Assembly (NCBI GenBank): GCA_964016885.1
Contig: OZ024743.1
Location: 115,320,001 to 115,384,000 of the forward strand
Length of the DNA: 64,000 nt
From: Eledone cirrhosa
Taxonomy: Eukaryota
Direction of reading: 5' to 3'
Shown in pieces: positions 27,733 to 41,419 of the stretch (its first letter is position 1; every line of letters begins with the position of its first letter). Below the pieces are notes generated by a model. It was not told the origin of the DNA. It saw nothing but the letters and a program-made list of their open reading frames with translations, and did not search any database. The position numbers and the translations under genes are program-made.

Positions 27733-28487
27733 CGTTTTTTTTTGGCTATGCGGATGATTAGTTTAACCACGATCTCAGTGTGTTTGGCCTTTAACGTAAG
27801 TTGTAGTTCTAATTCATATGAATTATCGAGCGCTTGCCACACAACTCCGAAGTGTTTTTCGTTTAATTCCTGAGCTGAAATTCGATTCTTTGCCAATTTA
27901 TATTTGTATTAATCTCCAGAGTCTAGCTATTGGCCAGTTAATTTTATCGATTTTGTTTGGTTGATTCTATTTACTGATCAATCGCTTTGTTATATTTAAC
28001 CATTCTGTCGAGAGCTTTATTCGATTTGTGATATTTTGCATTCTCGCAATATTATACACAACTGAATTCATTCGCCTAATATAAGTGTTGCCTCCCTTGC
28101 TGAACTCCACGTGGGGTCAGTAATAGTCACACTTATGTATAGCATTTGAGCAGAATCCCGTTGAAAAAGTGGCTTCCTTGTTCAGTCATCTTACCAGAAG
28201 CCTAACATTATTTATGTAAGCGGAAAGTAATTGATTTATGGAGCCGCAGAAACCCAAATACTGGATTTTACCTTCTCCAGGTGTCGGGGTAAATTTTCAA
28301 TCACATATATTTTTATTTGTTTGACCCGAATTGCTTGATCGTTTTTTTTTGGCTGTGCGGATGATTAGTTTAACCACCATCTCAGTGTGTTTGGCCTTTA
28401 ACGTATGTTGTAGCTCTAGTTCATATGAATTATCGAGCGCTTGCCACACAACTCGGAAGAGTTTTTCGTTAATTCCTGAGCTGAAAC
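27730..28487 (+). mobile_element. Retrozyme-like ~607 bp unit present as ~1.25 tandem copies
   Basis: 27730-27880 is repeated at 28337-28487; one internal HHR; microsatellite flanks. Confidence 0.65.
28155..28290 (+). ncRNA. Type I hammerhead with U3:A8 core, extended stems II and III
   Basis: atcccg-TTGAAAA-a-GTGGCTTC...GGAGCCGC-a-GAAA-c..ctgga/tccag..g-TC-ggggt. Confidence 0.65.
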
Positions 28488-28488
28488 T

Positions 28489-28559
<71 letters not shown>

Positions 28560-28838
28560 GTCTGTGTGTGCGTACGTGTGTGTTTGTTGTGTGTATCCAT
28601 ACGTATGTTTGTGAAAATTTACATTCGTGTATATATGCATGGACGTAATAAAACGATGTTATTCTTCTAATGTTCGTATTTTTCAATGTTAAACTCTCTA
28701 TATAAACCCGTAGTGTAAGCATTTAATATTACCAGAGATTAAATGATTTAGCAAAAATTTCTGTTTGTACACATGCATGCACACATACGTACACACACAC
28801 ATACAGGCATGCATACATAGATACACACACATAAATAC

Positions 28839-28892
<54 letters not shown>

Positions 28893-29071
28893 GTATCCAC
28901 AGTAAGTTGTGGGTTCTATTCTGCATGAAGAACTCGATGTAATCCATATGTTGAAAATGTTGTAGGTTAAGATAAATCTCGGAAAACAATAAAACATTAA
29001 AAGGAAAACAGAGTCATGATAAAAGTTAAAACAATGAAATAAAAAATCAAGTCATTAGAGATATACTTCAC

Positions 29072-29207
29072 TGCTTTACGATCGTTTCTAAATGATGATA
29101 ATACATTGAAGCTATACTCAGTAATTGATCTATGTAAGGTTAGTTACAAACTATCAGATAAAGAGAATATTAACTTACATGCATATCACCAGCTGTTTTC
29201 AAAAGCA
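29072..29207 (-). ncRNA. Hammerhead with U3:A8 core and ~107 nt stem II domain (mirror copy 35316-35453 +)
   Basis: TGCTT-TTGAAAA-cagctggtgata...tatcatcattta-GAAA-cgatcg-TA-AAGCA. Confidence 0.72.
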
Positions 29208-29488
29208 ATAATAATTTTATTCAATAATGATTTTATTCAGAATTAGTAGCACGTTAGTATCATGTCCTTATTTGGAGGTAGTTGAAGAACTAACGAATCA
29301 AATTGTTTTTTTCATATGGTGTTAAGATGAAAAGTAATATATGTGTGTATGTGTATGTATGTATATATATATGTTTGTGTGCGTGTATATGTGAGTATAG
29401 GTGTATGAGTGTTTATATATGAGTATGTGCACATGTATGAGGAATGTACATATACTCACACATGTATATATGTATGTGTATGTGTGTG

Positions 29489-29550
<62 letters not shown>

Positions 29551-30105
29551 TAAAAAAATAATGAATAAAACAATGAAACAGTTCCTTATATTAAACAAAA
29601 AAGTTCATTATTTAACGATCGTTTCTAGGACATATATGTGTTAGAATTGGCATGCATATTCAACAGATCTATGTACAAAATTATACAAAATTATACAAAC
29701 TATCAAATATAATATACATACCAACACATACATATGCCGTCTTCAGAAATAATGAAATATATTTATTGATAATAACAACAATTCAAAATTACAGGTCTGT
29801 TTGGGAACAGAGTTCAAATTGACCAATGAAATACACAAAAATATATCAAGTAAATACAGTTAGGTGTGTGTATAAATGTAAGTAACTTCGTTCACAGATA
29901 TGCATAAAAATATATGTTCACATGCATACGCATGTCGAAAAAATGTATGTAAATACAAAAATTCAGGGCTAATGTCTCTGTATGTTTATAATCTACAGAT
30001 AAAATACACATACGTATATAAACATATATACATTCATATATACACACATATACATACATTCATACACACACGCGCATATACACATAAACATACACATACC
30101 CACGA

Positions 30106-30143
<38 letters not shown>

Positions 30144-30307
30144 GTATATATTATTATTATAACTATATGGATATTAAGGCGCACACATAAACACTGCCAC
30201 ATATATTTACATCTAGATGCAGAAGTAGGTAAAGGGGGTCAGTAATTACTAAGGGTGTCAGACAACTGCCTATTTATAAAATGTATCTATAAATTTAGAA
30301 ATAAAAA

Positions 30308-31693
30308 GGTGGTTTATATCGTGATGACTGTCTTCTTCTTTCCAACAACCTTAGCCTCTCAGAAATAGAAAAAAACAAACAGCTTATTAGAACTTTCCTT
30401 AAAGACTATTATAGTCTTCATATTACTTTTGAAAACACAAGTAAAGTAGTTAATTTCCTAGATATAACTTTAGACTAAGCTACGGGTATCTACCAACCTT
30501 ACCATAAACCCAACCAAAATTACACTACATACACTCACAATCTAATCACCCTAAATCTATCCTTAAAAACCTTGCATATAATATATCACTTAGAATTTTT
30601 AACCTTTCGTCTAACCAAGATGTATTTGATAAAAATGCGACCTTCTATAACGAAGCTCTAGATAGAAGTGGCCACAAAAATAGATTAGAATATATACCTT
30701 CTACTAAAAATACTATAAACATACAACCTAATATTACCAACAAACACCAAATGAAAAGTACACACCTAAATGCCACCCACACTATACCCCAAAATACCAA
30801 CAACTCCTCTAATATAAAGTATAGTAACTCTCAAAAAACTACTCATCATACAACTCTAATAAATGTTAATAATAAAACTCCTTATAAACAAGATAAAACA
30901 CCTAAATCAATAAATCTAACTAAAAATGTGCGTGGTGAGGTCATTAACATTAATCCTCCTAGTAAACATCACGATACAACCTATAAAAATAATAAACAAC
31001 ATAGAAACCGTAATAGACGAATTACTTGGTATAATGCTCCATTTAATTTACAAATTAAGGATAATATTGCTAAAAAATTGTTTTATATCCTAGAGAAAAA
31101 CTTCCCGCCAAACCACAAATACCATCAAATCTTAAATAGGTCAACAGTTAAATTCTCATACTCAACAACCAAAAACATAGAACAAAATATAAGTGCCTAT
31201 AATGCATATAAATGTAAAAATACCATAAGTATACCACCAATACATCAAACTAACCATAATATCTCCTCAAATACAGAATTAACGAAAGGTTGTAACTGTA
31301 GAAACAAAGCAAACTGCCCATTAAAAGGAAATTGTCTTGTTAACAACATAGTTTATAAATGTAAAGTTAAAACTAAAGATTCTATTTGCTCATATATAGG
31401 AGCTACTTCTAACAATATTAAGGTAAGGTTTAATACCCACAAACATAGTTTTAAAAATGCCGCACTGGCTAATACAACATCTCTAGCAGAAAAAATTAAT
31501 AGTTATAGAAATAAGAATATAGAATATGATATGACCTGGAGTGTGCTCAATATAATAGAAATGAATGTAGATTATGTTCCCAAGAACTATTTGAAATAAT
31601 GAAATCTAAGGATATCCTATTAAATAAGCTACATGAATTAATTATATCGTGTAATCATAAACTGAGAAAAACATTTAAATATTATAAACCTAA
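30308..31693 (+). pseudogene. Naiad-type RT C-half plus GIY-YIG, disrupted
   Basis: GGLYRDD at 30308, VNFLD, SNHP, RITWYNAPF, CNCR..CPL..CL, IVY..YIG, CRLC, LLNK..CNH. Confidence 0.9.
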
Positions 31694-32540
31694 TTAATAA
31701 TATATATTTTAGAAATTAATATATAATTTAATTTAAATGTAGTTAACCTATAACTTTAATTTAATTACAATTCTACTACAGATGAGATTAAAAAATATTG
31801 TGTAATCATAAATTGAGAAAAACTTTAAAATATTATTAACATAATTAATATATACTTTGTAAATTAATTTATAGATTAATTTTAGTTTATTTAACCTTTT
31901 ATTAAAATTCCTTTACAGATGAAATATAACAAAATATCGTGTAATCAATAACAGAGAAATATTTTTTAATATTATAAACCTAATTAATGTACAATTTAGA
32001 AATTTATTTATAAATTAATTTTAATTTAGTTAACCTATAATTTAAATTTAATTAGCTTAAAATTAAAATTCTAATACAGATGGATTGCAGAATATCATGT
32101 AATCGTAAACTGAGATAAACTTTTAAATATATACCTAATTAATATATTCTTTACAATTAAATATATATATATATATTAATTTTAATTTTTGTTAACCTAT
32201 AATTATATTCTACTATAGATAAAATACAAAATCTGCTTTAATTATTATAAACCTAATTAACATATACTATAGAAATTAATATATAATTTTTAATTTAGTT
32301 AACCTATAATTTATATTCTACTACCGATGAAATACTTGATTTGGTTTTCCCTATTACTAAATTCATTTCCTAATATTGATACCATAATGTTAATATTTTT
32401 AATTTAGTTATGCTATAATTAATACTCTACTACTGTTTAACTTCAAAATTCCGCTTCAAATATTATAAACCTAAGTAGTATACAACTTAGAAATCAATAT
32501 ATTAACTATTTTCAATTTAGTTAATCTATAATTAATAGTC
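31644..32540 (+). repeat. Degenerate ~140-160 bp tandem repeat built from the ORF end plus 3' flank
   Basis: atatcgtgtaatc-like starts at 31644, 31795, 31934 and 32092; partial units near 32240 and 32460. Confidence 0.8.
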
Positions 32541-32822
32541 TACTTATATTAAAATGCATAATTTTGCCTTCTTTCTTACATTTCCTAATACTGAAACTAC
32601 TATGTAAACACATATTATGATCTAAATGCAGATTAATATTCTATGTTCCTTGAAGCCTATATTTACTATTTCCCACTAATAATTTTAATCCCCCCCCCTA
32701 TAATTATTTGTATTTGTAAGCGTGGATGTATGTATGTGTATGTAAGTATGTATGTATGTTTGGGTGTTTGTATGTGAGTATAAAAATACATATGTGCGCA
32801 TGTAAATAAGTGTGTATGATTG

Positions 32823-32855
<33 letters not shown>

Positions 32856-33008
32856 GTATATATATGTGTATATATATGTCTATATATATATGTGTGTATG
32901 TATATATGTATGTGTGCGTGTGTATGTGTATATATATTTGTAGAGTTGTGTGTATGTATATATATATATATATGTGTGCATAATTGTCTGACTGTATGTA
33001 TTTATTTA

Positions 33009-33085
<77 letters not shown>

Positions 33086-33507
33086 ATGTATATGTGTGTG
33101 TGTGTATATATATTTATGTGTATGTATATATCTATATATATATATATATATATGTGTGTATGTATATCTCTTTATTTATGTATGTCTGAGTTGTGTGTGA
33201 GCGTGTAGTTGTATGTGTATATACATACATGGATATGTGTATGTGTGTGTATATATACGTATATGTATGTGTGTGTGTGTGTATATATATGTGCGTGTAT
33301 GTATATATATATATATGTGTGTATATATGTGTGTATATATATGTGTGTATATGTATATATGTATATGTATATATGTGTGTATGTGTATGTACATATATGT
33401 GTATATATATATATGTGTGTTGTGAATATATGTATATATATATGTGTGTATGTATATGTGTCTATGTATTTATATATGTATATGTATGTGTCTCTATATA
33501 TATATGT

Positions 33508-33576
<69 letters not shown>

Positions 33577-34189
33577 TATGTATATCGGTGTGTATTTTAT
33601 GTATGAGTATATATTTTACTTGTTTATTTCTTTTTAATATATTTCTTTTTATTTCTAAATTTATAGATACATTTTATAAATAGGCAGTTGTCTGACACCC
33701 TTAGTAATTACTGACCCCCTTTACCTACTTCTGCATCTAGATGTAAATATATGTGGCAGTGTTTATGTGTGCGCCTTAATATCCATATAGTTATAATAAT
33801 AATATATACATATGTATGTGTGTGTGTGTGTGTGTGTATGTTCGTGGGTATGTGTACGTTTATGTGTATATGCGCGTGTGTGTATGAATGTATGTATATG
33901 TGTGTATATATGAATGTATATATGTTTATATACGTATGTGTATTTTATCTGTAGATTATAAACATACAGAGACATTAGCCCTGAATTTTTGTATTTACAT
34001 ACATTTTTTCGACATGCGTATGCATGTGAACATATATTTTATGCATATCTGTGAACGAAGTTACTTACATATATACACACACCTAACTGTATTTACTTGA
34101 TATATTTTTGTGTATTTCATTGGTCAATTTGAACTCTGTTCCCAAACAGACCTGTAATTTTGAATTGTTGTTATTATCAATAAATATAT

Positions 34190-34342
34190 TTCATTATTTC
34201 TGAAGACGGCATATGTATGTGTTGGTATGTATATTATATTTGATAGTTTGTATAATTTTGTATAATTTTGTACATAGATCTGTTGAATATGCATGCCAAT
34301 TCTAACACATATATGTCCTAGAAACGATCGTTAAATAATGAA
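34190..34342 (+). ncRNA. Hammerhead with canonical core and ~114 nt stem II domain (mirror copy 29604-29756 -)
   Basis: TTCATTATTT-CTGAAGA-cggcatatgtatgtgttgg...ctaacacatatatgtccta-GAAA-cgatcg-TT-AAATAATGAA; perfect 10 bp stem I. Confidence 0.82.
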
Positions 34343-34539
34343 CTTTTTTTGTTTAATATAAGGAACTGTTTCATTGTTTTATTCATTATTTTTTTAATAT
34401 TTTATCTTGACTCTGTATTCCGTTTATCTTTCACCGAAAGTGATTTTTGAATGCATCTCTTCTTTCCATGATATCCGGATTACATTGAGTTCTTCATACG
34501 GATTGGACACTACCGTAAACTCTTGGTAGATTTATCTAC

Positions 34540-34572
<33 letters not shown>

Positions 34573-35499
34573 AGTGTGTGTGTATATATATATGTATATA
34601 TGTGGATATAGATATGTATGGATGTGTATGTATATGATTATATGCATATGTGTAAATGTGTATTTAGATTTGCATCTATTTGTGCGTATGTATATTTTTG
34701 GTTGGATATCAATTTAACTGTACCTCTCTCTATATATAGTGTGGGTATATGCACTTTATAATCTATGAAATGTATGTGTTTTAACTATGCCAACATGTAT
34801 TTATCTGAGTTTAATTATGCATAAACATACTTGATAGTATTTAAGAGCGTATCATATGCTATATTATACTAAATGCAATTTACCACACAGTGTTGGTTAA
34901 GTTGTATATTATCGCATTACTGTATTTCATTATCTCATTATAATTTTCATCTTTTAATATACTATCTTTCCTAGCCATAACCTTAATTTATATTCACCTT
35001 AAAACTCAATACAACACTAATCACCATTTATTTTGACATTTCTTTTAAATTAACTATACCAGATACATTCAACTATCAGTTTGACAATCACTTTCCTCCT
35101 AATATCTTTTATGCCAAATCTACTATTAACACCCTTCAACCATTCCTTTCAAAGAGTCATGACCTCAACTAAAGTATATTACTTTTCATCTTAACACCAT
35201 ATAAAAAAAAACAAAAACAATTTGATTCGTTAGTTCTTCAACGTCCTCCAAATAAGGACATGATACTAACATACTAGTAATTCTGAATAAAATCATTATT
35301 GAATAAAATTATTATTGCTATTGAAAACAGCTGGTGTTATATGCATGTAAGTAAATATTATCTTTATCTGATAGTTTGTAACTAACCTTACATAGATCAA
35401 TTACTGAGTATAGCTACAATGTATTATCATAATCTAGAAACGATCGTAATGCAGTGAAGTATATCTCTAATGACTTGATTTTTTATTTCATTCTTGTAA

Positions 35500-35542
<43 letters not shown>

Positions 35543-36325
35543 GTATGTATATGTATATATGTATATGTATATATGTATATGTATGTATATGTATATATAC
35601 ACACACATAAATATATATGTGCGTGTATGTGTGTGTGTATATATATATAATATGTATTAGAAGTTTCTGTGTTTTTCTTTCATTTTCAATGGAATAGTAA
35701 TACACACACCAACATTGAAAGAAAGCCTGTTCTACAGACAGGAACAAGAAACAAATATTTAACGACGATAAGAGCGAGAGAAATATAAAAATCTTATTTC
35801 ATTTTATTTAATTATATTTTATTTCATTATATTAAAAAATAATTGTAAAATGTTTTAAAATGGAACTTTGAAACCTTTTAAAACAAATTGTTTCTAAGTC
35901 ATTGAGAATTAAGTATGGAGAAATTTTACCCCAAGTTGAGTAGTTTTGACGCTAATATGTCTCACAGGAAACCACTTCAAAACCATTGAGGGTTATTTAC
36001 AGAAAACCTTAGCCCCGTGTACGTATACAGTTAGAGCGTTGGGTAGAATACGGCTCTTTCCAGTGTCTGAGTTCAAATCCCCGTCGAAATCAAATTTTAT
36101 TCTTTTCATCGTTTTGAGATCGATAAAAAAGTTTCATAACAATAGTGGGATCAATTCTTTTTCTATAACTATTTCATACTTCCTCTGCCGTTTTCTCATT
36201 TGATAAGAGAAATATGTGTTCAGATCAGGACATTCGAGGGAGTCTCTCTAGTGTAATGTGTAGTAAATAATTCTGAAAAATCTGTACTACAGTATATCAT
36301 GTATACTTATGAATATGATTGACAA

Positions 36326-36370
<45 letters not shown>

Positions 36371-36459
36371 AGTGTGTGTGTTTGAGTTTATATATATATT
36401 TTTTTTTCCAATTCCAACCCACCCGTCCCCTCAATCTATCTTATTTCTCATTCTTTCTT

Positions 36460-36487
36460 CTGTTGAAGGACTAGCGTCCGAAACATC
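36460..36487 (+). ncRNA. Degenerate Neptune-style minimal hammerhead in a solo terminus (~36405-36575)
   Basis: CTGTTGA-a-GGAC tagc GTCC-GAAA-ca-TC; a related more decayed copy lies near 47658-47730. Confidence 0.55.
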
Positions 36488-36605
36488 AATACCCTCTTCC
36501 TGCTATTTCAAGCGTTAACCTGATATATTCTTTCCATATACTGTACCGATTGTGTTGTTATTTATGCTTACCTTTTACACACACACACGCACACACACAC
36601 ACACA

Positions 36606-36675
<70 letters not shown>

Positions 36676-36676
<1 letters not shown>

Positions 36677-37332
36677 TAGATAAGGTACCCCGCTTCGACT
36701 GGTAGAACAGTCAAGAGAAGAAGGATAAAGGAGAAAACGACTGTATTGGATGTGTTGTCTGGTATGAAATGAGGCCATTATGTGTGTGAGAGCATGTGTG
36801 AGAGAGACATAAAAAAACAATCATAAAACTTCCTTATTAGGCTGGAGGAGTAGACTGCCGATTAAATGGTAGCATTGGCCTTGGATTTTAAACGTTGTGA
36901 AATAACCATATTCAGTATAATATTTTTCAGCTCCAAAGGACGTCATCTGAAACGCAGCAATATACCGCATAACATTGCTTCTGAAGGGTTGCTTCGTTAG
37001 TACGGACTTAAGAAGTATATGGATAAAAGCTGGAGGGTAGATTAATTTCAAATAGTATCAATTTTGTTTTGCTTCTATGAAATCAAAGACTGTAAAACGT
37101 CCTTATAAACCTTTCTATCGATCAAAGGATCCATAGTTTAAGCCGTTTCTAGACTTTAATTGTATTTAACACTTTAATTGTATCTCCATCAGTATAACGG
37201 CCTATCCCTCTCTTTCTGTAGCTCTCCCTGCGCATATCTCTCTTTAGATGCGTTTGTATATATATATGTGTGTGTAGTTTTCGTGTGATTCAATCGACCA
37301 ACCAACCAACCACTAAACATCTTCTTTTATAT

Positions 37333-37340
<8 letters not shown>
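36676..37340 (-). mobile_element. Internally deleted Helitron with a RepHel fragment
   Basis: ORF 36821-37051(-) has AAFQMTSFGA...TFKIQGQCYHLIGSLL (Helitron RepHel N-region); the minus strand ends hairpin...CTAG|T. Confidence 0.8.
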
Positions 37341-37382
<42 letters not shown>

Positions 37383-37428
37383 CGAGAGAGAGAGCGAGAG
37401 AGAGAGAGGGGGAGAGAGAGAGAGAGGG

Positions 37429-37466
<38 letters not shown>

Positions 37467-37533
37467 AAGGAGAGAGACGAGGTAGATAGATAGATTGATA
37501 TAACATGAAGCTATATGCATATGTATATATTAA

Positions 37534-38407
37534 CTAGCAGTGGTCCCCGGCGTTGCAGGGGATAAGGTATTTTGGAACGCGGGCCTCCAACAGACCTAAT
37601 CGTGGAAAAAACTCCATGCCTGGATAATATGTAAAGAAAATAAACCGAATACTCTGATGGCTGGACAATCTTTAAGATTTTCGTCGATGAAGCAGGAAAA
37701 ATGCAGGTTATCACCTAATGTGGACTCTAGGGGATCAAGAAAATAATTTTTTTTTATATGCATAATATATGCCTTGAAATTTCGGGAAAATCGGCTAGAC
37801 GTAACGCCTCCAAAAAGCCCTAAAAAGCTGAAAAGATGAAGTTTTACACCTAATGTGGGCCCTAGGCCATAAAAATAGATAGTTACAATTTCAAGGAAAT
37901 CGGTCTGACGTAACGCCTCAAAAAAACCCTAAAGAGCTAAAAGAAACGCAGTTTTTCACCTAATGGGGGCCCTAGGAGATCAAAAATTGAAACATATGTA
38001 ATACACATGTAAAGTTTGAAAAAAATCGGTTAGGTACTTCTCGAGTTTTAGGGGTTCAAACTGACAGAGACACACACACACACACATACAGACAGACAGA
38101 CATCCTCAGGAAAGTGACGTAATGCAGACAGCCAGACATACAGACAGATATTAAAAGGGCGCGACGTTATATGTATGTATCTATCTAAAAAGAGAAAGGC
38201 TAAGAATTATAGAGAGAGATCGCTAAATCACCAAATGCGGTCCCTAGGGCATTGAAAATGTAAAATCCTTTTTGCTCAGAACACTCCCTGAAACATAAGT
38301 ATTACATGTGTAAAGGTTGAAAACAGTCGGTTGGGTGCTTCTCGAGTTTTATGGATTCAAACTCACACACACACAGACAGACATCCTCAGTTTTATATAT
38401 ATAGAGA
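37534..38407 (-). mobile_element. Non-autonomous Helitron
   Basis: Minus strand begins A|TC-tctatatatataaaa and ends cccctgcaacgccgggg-accactg-CTAG|T; internal duplicated segments. Confidence 0.8.
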
Positions 38408-38859
38408 TAAGTAAAATTGTCACTGAACTCATGGCCAGATTATTATACAGCTTATATTTTCCCAGAGGACATACATTTCCTTGTGAAAATAATTAAAACT
38501 TGTTAAAATTTGAGCAAATAATAATTTGCCTATCTCTGCATGATTATACAATATACATATTGTAAGAAAAATTGATAATAAATATTTAAAGGAACAGAAC
38601 ACTCAGATTGTAGAACGAATTGCGATATGCAATTGGATTAAATTGCTATAGCAATTGCATAACGCAAATGCTAGTGTTTCACTAGCCTATTATATAATGA
38701 TAATCTTTCAATCCGTCTTGCTATGATGGATTTATATCTGGAGCATCTTCATTCGTATATGGTAAGGGGAGTTAAGTGACAAGTCTAAAATTTAGATATG
38801 AGAGGATTACAAAAGAAGCTGTGTAATGTAAGGGAGATAAATCTAGTATAATTTAATAC

Positions 38860-39365
38860 AGGAGGTTAACTTATGCTCATTAAATATACCATGAAACAAC
38901 ACCAGAGACCTTGAAGTAATTGTTGAAAACAACAGTTGCCTTGCTCCTCAGGATGGGTTCCTAGATTCTCAGAACGTTCCGACCCAGAGTCATTCACACC
39001 ATCATCCTACTCTATTTTGCCCGGCCCTACCTTGAATACTGTTGTCCACGGTGGTCTCTTCACACAAAACAAAGAACTGTGAAAATTGAAGCTCCCCACG
39101 TATTTAGCGAATATTATATTTGCAAGAAATTTAGCAAATAAAATATGGCAACTCAGACAAGAACATACACGTCTCCATCAAATGAAAGATACTAGAAACA
39201 TCACGACCATATATAAATGAGCTCAAGGCCTGCAAATTAAGTAATGACGAGAAATGTTGGATATTGAATAATCTCAACTACAACAAACCACTTAACACTC
39301 GTAGTTAATTATTCTCGCGAGGTGCTCACGTTTTTAAGTGTCTTTTAAAGTACTGGCCTCCTTAA
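38860..39365 (+). pseudogene. Old, decayed Naiad-type endonuclease fragment
   Basis: Hand translation: LANKIWQLR...IK*KILETSRPYINELKACKL..EK..I...LNTRS*LFS..H..K.LL. Confidence 0.65.
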
Positions 39366-39716
39366 TATTGATTAACATCCTTTTTAATCTATGGAGATTC
39401 TTCTATGAGGTAATTTTGCGTGTACTCGCGTATTTTCGTTCAAATTGTCTCCGTTAAATCACCCAGATTATCTGACCCTGATTTCGGCTCTTCTCTCTTT
39501 GTTTTGTATTTACCTTTTAGAGTAAACAATTTCCGGTTGATTTTCATCTGCACAGGTTGAACAACTTGACCCTGAAGGCTAAATAAACGTATGCATCTTG
39601 CCTGGCGGCGTTGTAGCAACTGGCCTTAATAATTATTTTCAAACTCACCCCATAAGATTGATGTACTCTACTCTATAACTTGCATATTTTTACCTACCTA
39701 ATCCTATGTATACATG

Positions 39717-39780
<64 letters not shown>

Positions 39781-39818
39781 CTATATATATGTATATGTGT
39801 ATGTATATACATATATGT

Positions 39819-39965
<147 letters not shown>

Positions 39966-40544
39966 GTAATAATAATAAATTTGAAGACTAAAATCTGTTA
40001 TTTCAATTAATATATATATATATATATATGAATACTATTTATTAACAAATTTAAACCAAATTTTAATATGTAATCACCCCCATTAGATTCTCTCTCTCCC
40101 ATACACGCTCACACAAGCACACACTACATCCCCACCCTACCCCCCACACACATGTGTGTATTTTTTATATATATACACTCTCACACGTACACACACTCTC
40201 TAAAACCATATTCCAAAAATGGAATTTCTCTTGCCAATCCCATAGAATTTGTCTGTAGCTTAACATTTCCCCCTTCGCCACTCTGAACTCTTGACCAGTC
40301 CATTAACACAATTGAGATACACACAGATATTTACAGAATATTTCCTTTGTCCCTAAAAACAATGTGAAGAAACCCACCTACCAACACTGCTGCTGCTACT
40401 ATCATGACTACACACCTCTCTCTACAAGTGTTCATTTTCCAGTCTCCTTCGCAACAAGGAAGATTAAAAAAACTTACCTCTTAATCTTAAATCTTTAATT
40501 TTTAGTTTTAAATCCTTATTAATTTTTTTTTCTTGTAATACTCA

Positions 40545-40590
40545 ACATTTGATAAGATGAATTTTACTTATGCATCGAAACCGGTAATAC
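40545..40590 (+). ncRNA. Minimal hammerhead with U3:A8 core, weak stem I
   Basis: at-TTGATAA-GATG...CATC-GAAA-ccgg-TA-at. Confidence 0.62.
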
Positions 40591-40726
40591 TTTATATACT
40601 TTATGTACATTATAAAACTCTTTTTTTAAAGAATTGTCCCCATTATCTTTTCAATACTGACAATTTGGCGAATCAAAGAAAGGAATATAAAGAAAAACAG
40701 ACCCTAAAATATATTTTCCGTACGTT

Positions 40727-40808
<82 letters not shown>

Positions 40809-41350
40809 ATATATATATATAATATACACATATATATGCACTCATATATACATATCTATATATATACATACATACATACATACATACACAAACATACACA
40901 CACACATACAAACACACACACATATATATATATATTTTAAATAGTTAAACAAGATTCAATGAGTATGTCAAAGAAAGAGTTTTACTTTAGATTATTTTAT
41001 TATTTTACTAACTTTGATCAATACCATTATTTCTTTATTTCTTTATTTCTTTATTTCTTTGTTTCTTTATCTCTCTATCTATCTTCCTTTCTAAGTTTTA
41101 AATTTTAGTTTAATATCCAACCCATACATTTTTACGGATCTTATTTACAACTGTGAATTTTTTAATGCGTTTGTTGATCTCCTACTTATAATATATTATA
41201 ATATGTATGTAATTATATTTTCTATATTTTTTAAATATACCTACTGTATTTATATATCCATGATTCACATATAGAGCAAATATCCAAACTATAAGTTATT
41301 ATAGACATTATTTTGAACTCTGAATTATCCATGCATTTATTATTGTTTCT

Positions 41351-41419
<69 letters not shown>

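Larger units (their letters stand above)
29543..34540 (+). mobile_element. 5'-truncated Naiad-type PLE with a ~760 bp inverted terminal copy at its 5' end (29543-30308 / 33645-34404)
   Basis: Arms are near-perfect reverse complements (ORFs 29993(-) and 33751(+) match); RT/EN remnant lies between them. Confidence 0.88.

Noticed and set aside
27432-28722. Repeated ORF ...[17 protein letters not shown]... on the minus strand
   Set aside because: Short, runs into stops and microsatellite, no known motif; it is the antisense of the redundant non-coding unit.
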